From Okamejei kenojei (Eukaryota): DNA of 64,000 nt. The notes beneath the pieces are model-generated. The model did no database searches. It saw only the letters and a list, made by a program, of their open reading frames with translations, and was not told the DNA's origin. Positions within the stretch are counted from its first letter, which is position 1. Each line of letters opens with the position of its first letter. Of this stretch, positions 61,273-64,000 are shown piece after piece. Location: NCBI GenBank assembly GCA_035221665.1, contig CM069145.1, positions 13,020,001 to 13,084,000 on the forward strand, in the 5' to 3' direction. A program made the position numbers and the translations under genes.

Positions 61273-61759
61273 AAATGCTCCTTCAATGGCTATACATAAC
61301 AAGGTGCATTCCCAGTCTCAGGTTTTCCTCGCTGGGAGATTCCTGCCCCTTCAGTTGATTCAACCCTGCTATTACTACCAGTTCAGCAATTGCCATTCCA
61401 TTCCGGGCCAGCATTATTCCACCACAAGGGGTTAGAATGCCATTGTGCCTGCGGTTACAGTACCATACTAGCTAAGTTACTATTCCAGTGTGTAGAGCCC
61501 TGGATTTGAGGATACAAGTTTGAATCCCACCACATCAATTGGGAAGTTTAATTTCAAGCAACTAAATAAATCTGGAATGGAAAAAAGGTGTTAGCTTTAA
61601 CAGTGTGCTCAAATCTCTGGCCTCAGATTGGAACAAACAATCTGCTGCCCAGAGCCACGAATAACTCCATTCTGTCAAGGATATCAAGGAAAGAAACTTT
61701 GAGGTCAAGTCATTGAACTGAGGATGAAAGATATTTGATGAATAATATAAAGCATCCGT

Positions 61760-62000
61760 GGCTCCTTACAGCACCAGAGACCTGGTTTCAATCCTGACTA
61801 CGGGTGCTTGTCTGTACGTTCTTCCCATGACTGTGAGGGTTTTCTCCGAGATCTTCGGTTTCCTCCCATGCTCCAAAGACATACAGGTTTGTAGGTTAAT
61901 TGTCTTGGTATAATTTTGAATTATCCCTAGTCGGTGCGGACTCGGTGGGCCGAAGAGCCTGTTTCCGCGCTTGTATCTCTAAACTGAACTAAAGTAAACT
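61760..62000 (+). mobile_element. V-SINE (HE1-like) with internal deletions
   Basis: ccttacagcaccagagacctggtttcaatcctgactacggg...ctcggtgggccgaag...tatctctaaact. Confidence 0.85.
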
Positions 62001-63679
62001 CACGTTTGGATTTGATGTTTGAAATCAATATTATTTGCCAACTTTTTGTTTCAGAACTAAAAGGGAAACCATCAAATCATCCAACCTTTTTATTTGGTTA
62101 TCAAATGTGATTAACTGTAATTAGAATCAGTTCCTCTGAAGACCACGAAGATTTTCTGTCATCATGTAGCCTTAAGGTTTTATTAAACTTTAATGAAATC
62201 TAATGGCTGCCAATGTCAAGTAATGTTGATTGCAGAACCTAATTTGTCGTACGCTTACATTCAGTTCAATTTACATAAATATGGTAATTCCCATGGTAAG
62301 ATTAATATTTCTGGATTGGGTATTGATTTTACCTTTTGCTATTAGTGCTATAAAAATGCTATAAAACGCATCAAGGTATAGGTTTTCTCCCCATCCTACT
62401 ATTTTGTAGACCAGGATGTAAATAAAAATATTTGAAAAAAGATTTATAATACATTTAACATTATAAATTGTGGATCAATAATCAGAAAGAATTCAAGTTC
62501 TAAAATTCCATAAAGAATATTCCATTAAAAATGTACTTGCATGTTTTATAATTTTATCACTTCAATTAAAGTTTAGTAAATACTGAACACAAAATTCAGA
62601 AAAAATAGTGTTTTAAAAACTAAATGTTGAATTCTATCAACCCTATTTTTATTGGGTCAATCCACTGACCACACCAGAGTTGAAGTCATCCATTTAACCT
62701 CTTTTTAAAATTCCTTCCAAATGATAAGTGGAAACTATATCTCTATATACCAGCTTTTACAGTAAATGCACTGCAATCATTTTGATCATACTAATGGTTA
62801 GATACAGATGCAAATTGTTGTTGCAATACTTTTGCTTGGATTCACTGAGGGGGGCCTGAATGCCAAAAATGTTTTTTTTTGTATGTTCTGAGTTTAGAGG
62901 CAATATTTATTTTAAAACTCCCCATCAACATGTGTAAGGTGAAAGGGAATGCTAAGGCTGTCCAATTCACTTCTCGTGTTAGTAATTAAATTAGAAGCCA
63001 TATTATCATTTGGGATTTGATTTAGTGGGCATATTCAATGGTGGAAAGTCATTGGAAGGATCTGTGCACAAAGGAAATTATTTTGAAAGAGGCAAAGTTG
63101 ACAGTGTTGGGACGGTATCTGCAGTGAATTGATTGATGGGGATATTTACGTGATTTATATTACACAGCTGACACGAACATCTATTTGAAAGTGATAGGAT
63201 ACGGAGAATATTTTCAATGCAGCATCAAAGACAAAAAAATAACAGAGATATTTAAACTTGTGTTGGATTTGTGTGCGAGTACAAAGTGGATCTTTTCTCT
63301 AATTGTGGAATCCAGGATAATGACTCCTCACTTTAAGATGCAACAAGGTAACTGCTTCCTCACAGCACTAGGCACCCTGGTTCAATCTGACCTCTATTTA
63401 CATGATTAACATGAAGGGTAAATGGAGGCAGCCTACAATAAATAAATGATAGATTTGAAGTTTCAAATCACCACAATTGCAGATAGGCTATTTAGCTAAT
63501 GCACACTGAAATACTTTGCAAATGTATTCCTTGAGTGGAATAATATTAAACAAGGATTTAATGACAGATTGACTCCAAGAAACACCACCAGTCAGGAAAC
63601 TATGATGTCGGAGGAAGTAACAAATGTAGAAGCCCTGCTAATTGTCTTTCAAATATAGTATTTATGATGCTTTGTCCAT

Positions 63680-63905
63680 CTGGAGTTTGCATGTCGATCT
63701 TCCTATGACCATGTCGGTTTCCTCAAGATGTTCTGGTTTCCTCCCACATCCCACAGATGTTAATTGGCCACTCTAAAATGTCCCCCGGTGTTTACGTTAC
63801 TGGTAGAATCTGAGGAATCCTGATGCGAATGCACCGAGAATAAAATATGAGATCAGTGTAAATGTGTGGCTGATGATCAGTGGGGGACTCAGAGGGCACT
63901 GAATA
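63680..63905 (+). mobile_element. V-SINE core, old
   Basis: ggagtttgcatgt...ggtttcctcccacatcccacagatg..taattggcc. Confidence 0.65.
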
Positions 63906-64000
63906 CATAACTGTCTTGTGCTTGATTGGGAAGAGACCAGAGCTACATTGTACATTCCCACAGCTCTATTTTGTCTCCATTTTTGATTCTGCCAATTTTA

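Overview
Eukaryotic vertebrate genomic DNA. The repeat landscape (tRNA-derived V-SINE/HE1-type SINEs, CR1/HER1-type LINEs, Rex1/Babar-like LINEs, Penelope-like elements) points to a cartilaginous fish, probably a skate or ray (inference). The only host gene I can support is the 5' part of a collapsin response mediator protein gene on the minus strand, best matching DPYSL4/CRMP3. It has two alternative first exons (long-form 1A at 28452-28823, short-form 1B at 26686-26727) and exons 2-8 (16615 down to 972), all with GT-AG junctions in consistent phase. The remaining exons lie beyond position 1. Positions ~29.2-64 kb are intergenic and repeat-rich, and almost all listed ORFs are spurious or TE fragments. 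The most interesting non-genic signal is a dispersed family of Penelope-derived terminal repeats carrying a minimal hammerhead-ribozyme core (CTGANGA-A-GGGT-CTCG-ACCC-GAAAC-GTC). Several of these occur as short foldback units with their own 12-15 bp target-site duplications. Also present: PIF/Harbinger-type MITEs (one intact, one invaded by a CR1), a Helitron-like element and several nested insertions. All calls were made by eye, with no database searches. TE boundaries are approximate (about +/-10-30 bp) unless a TSD is quoted.
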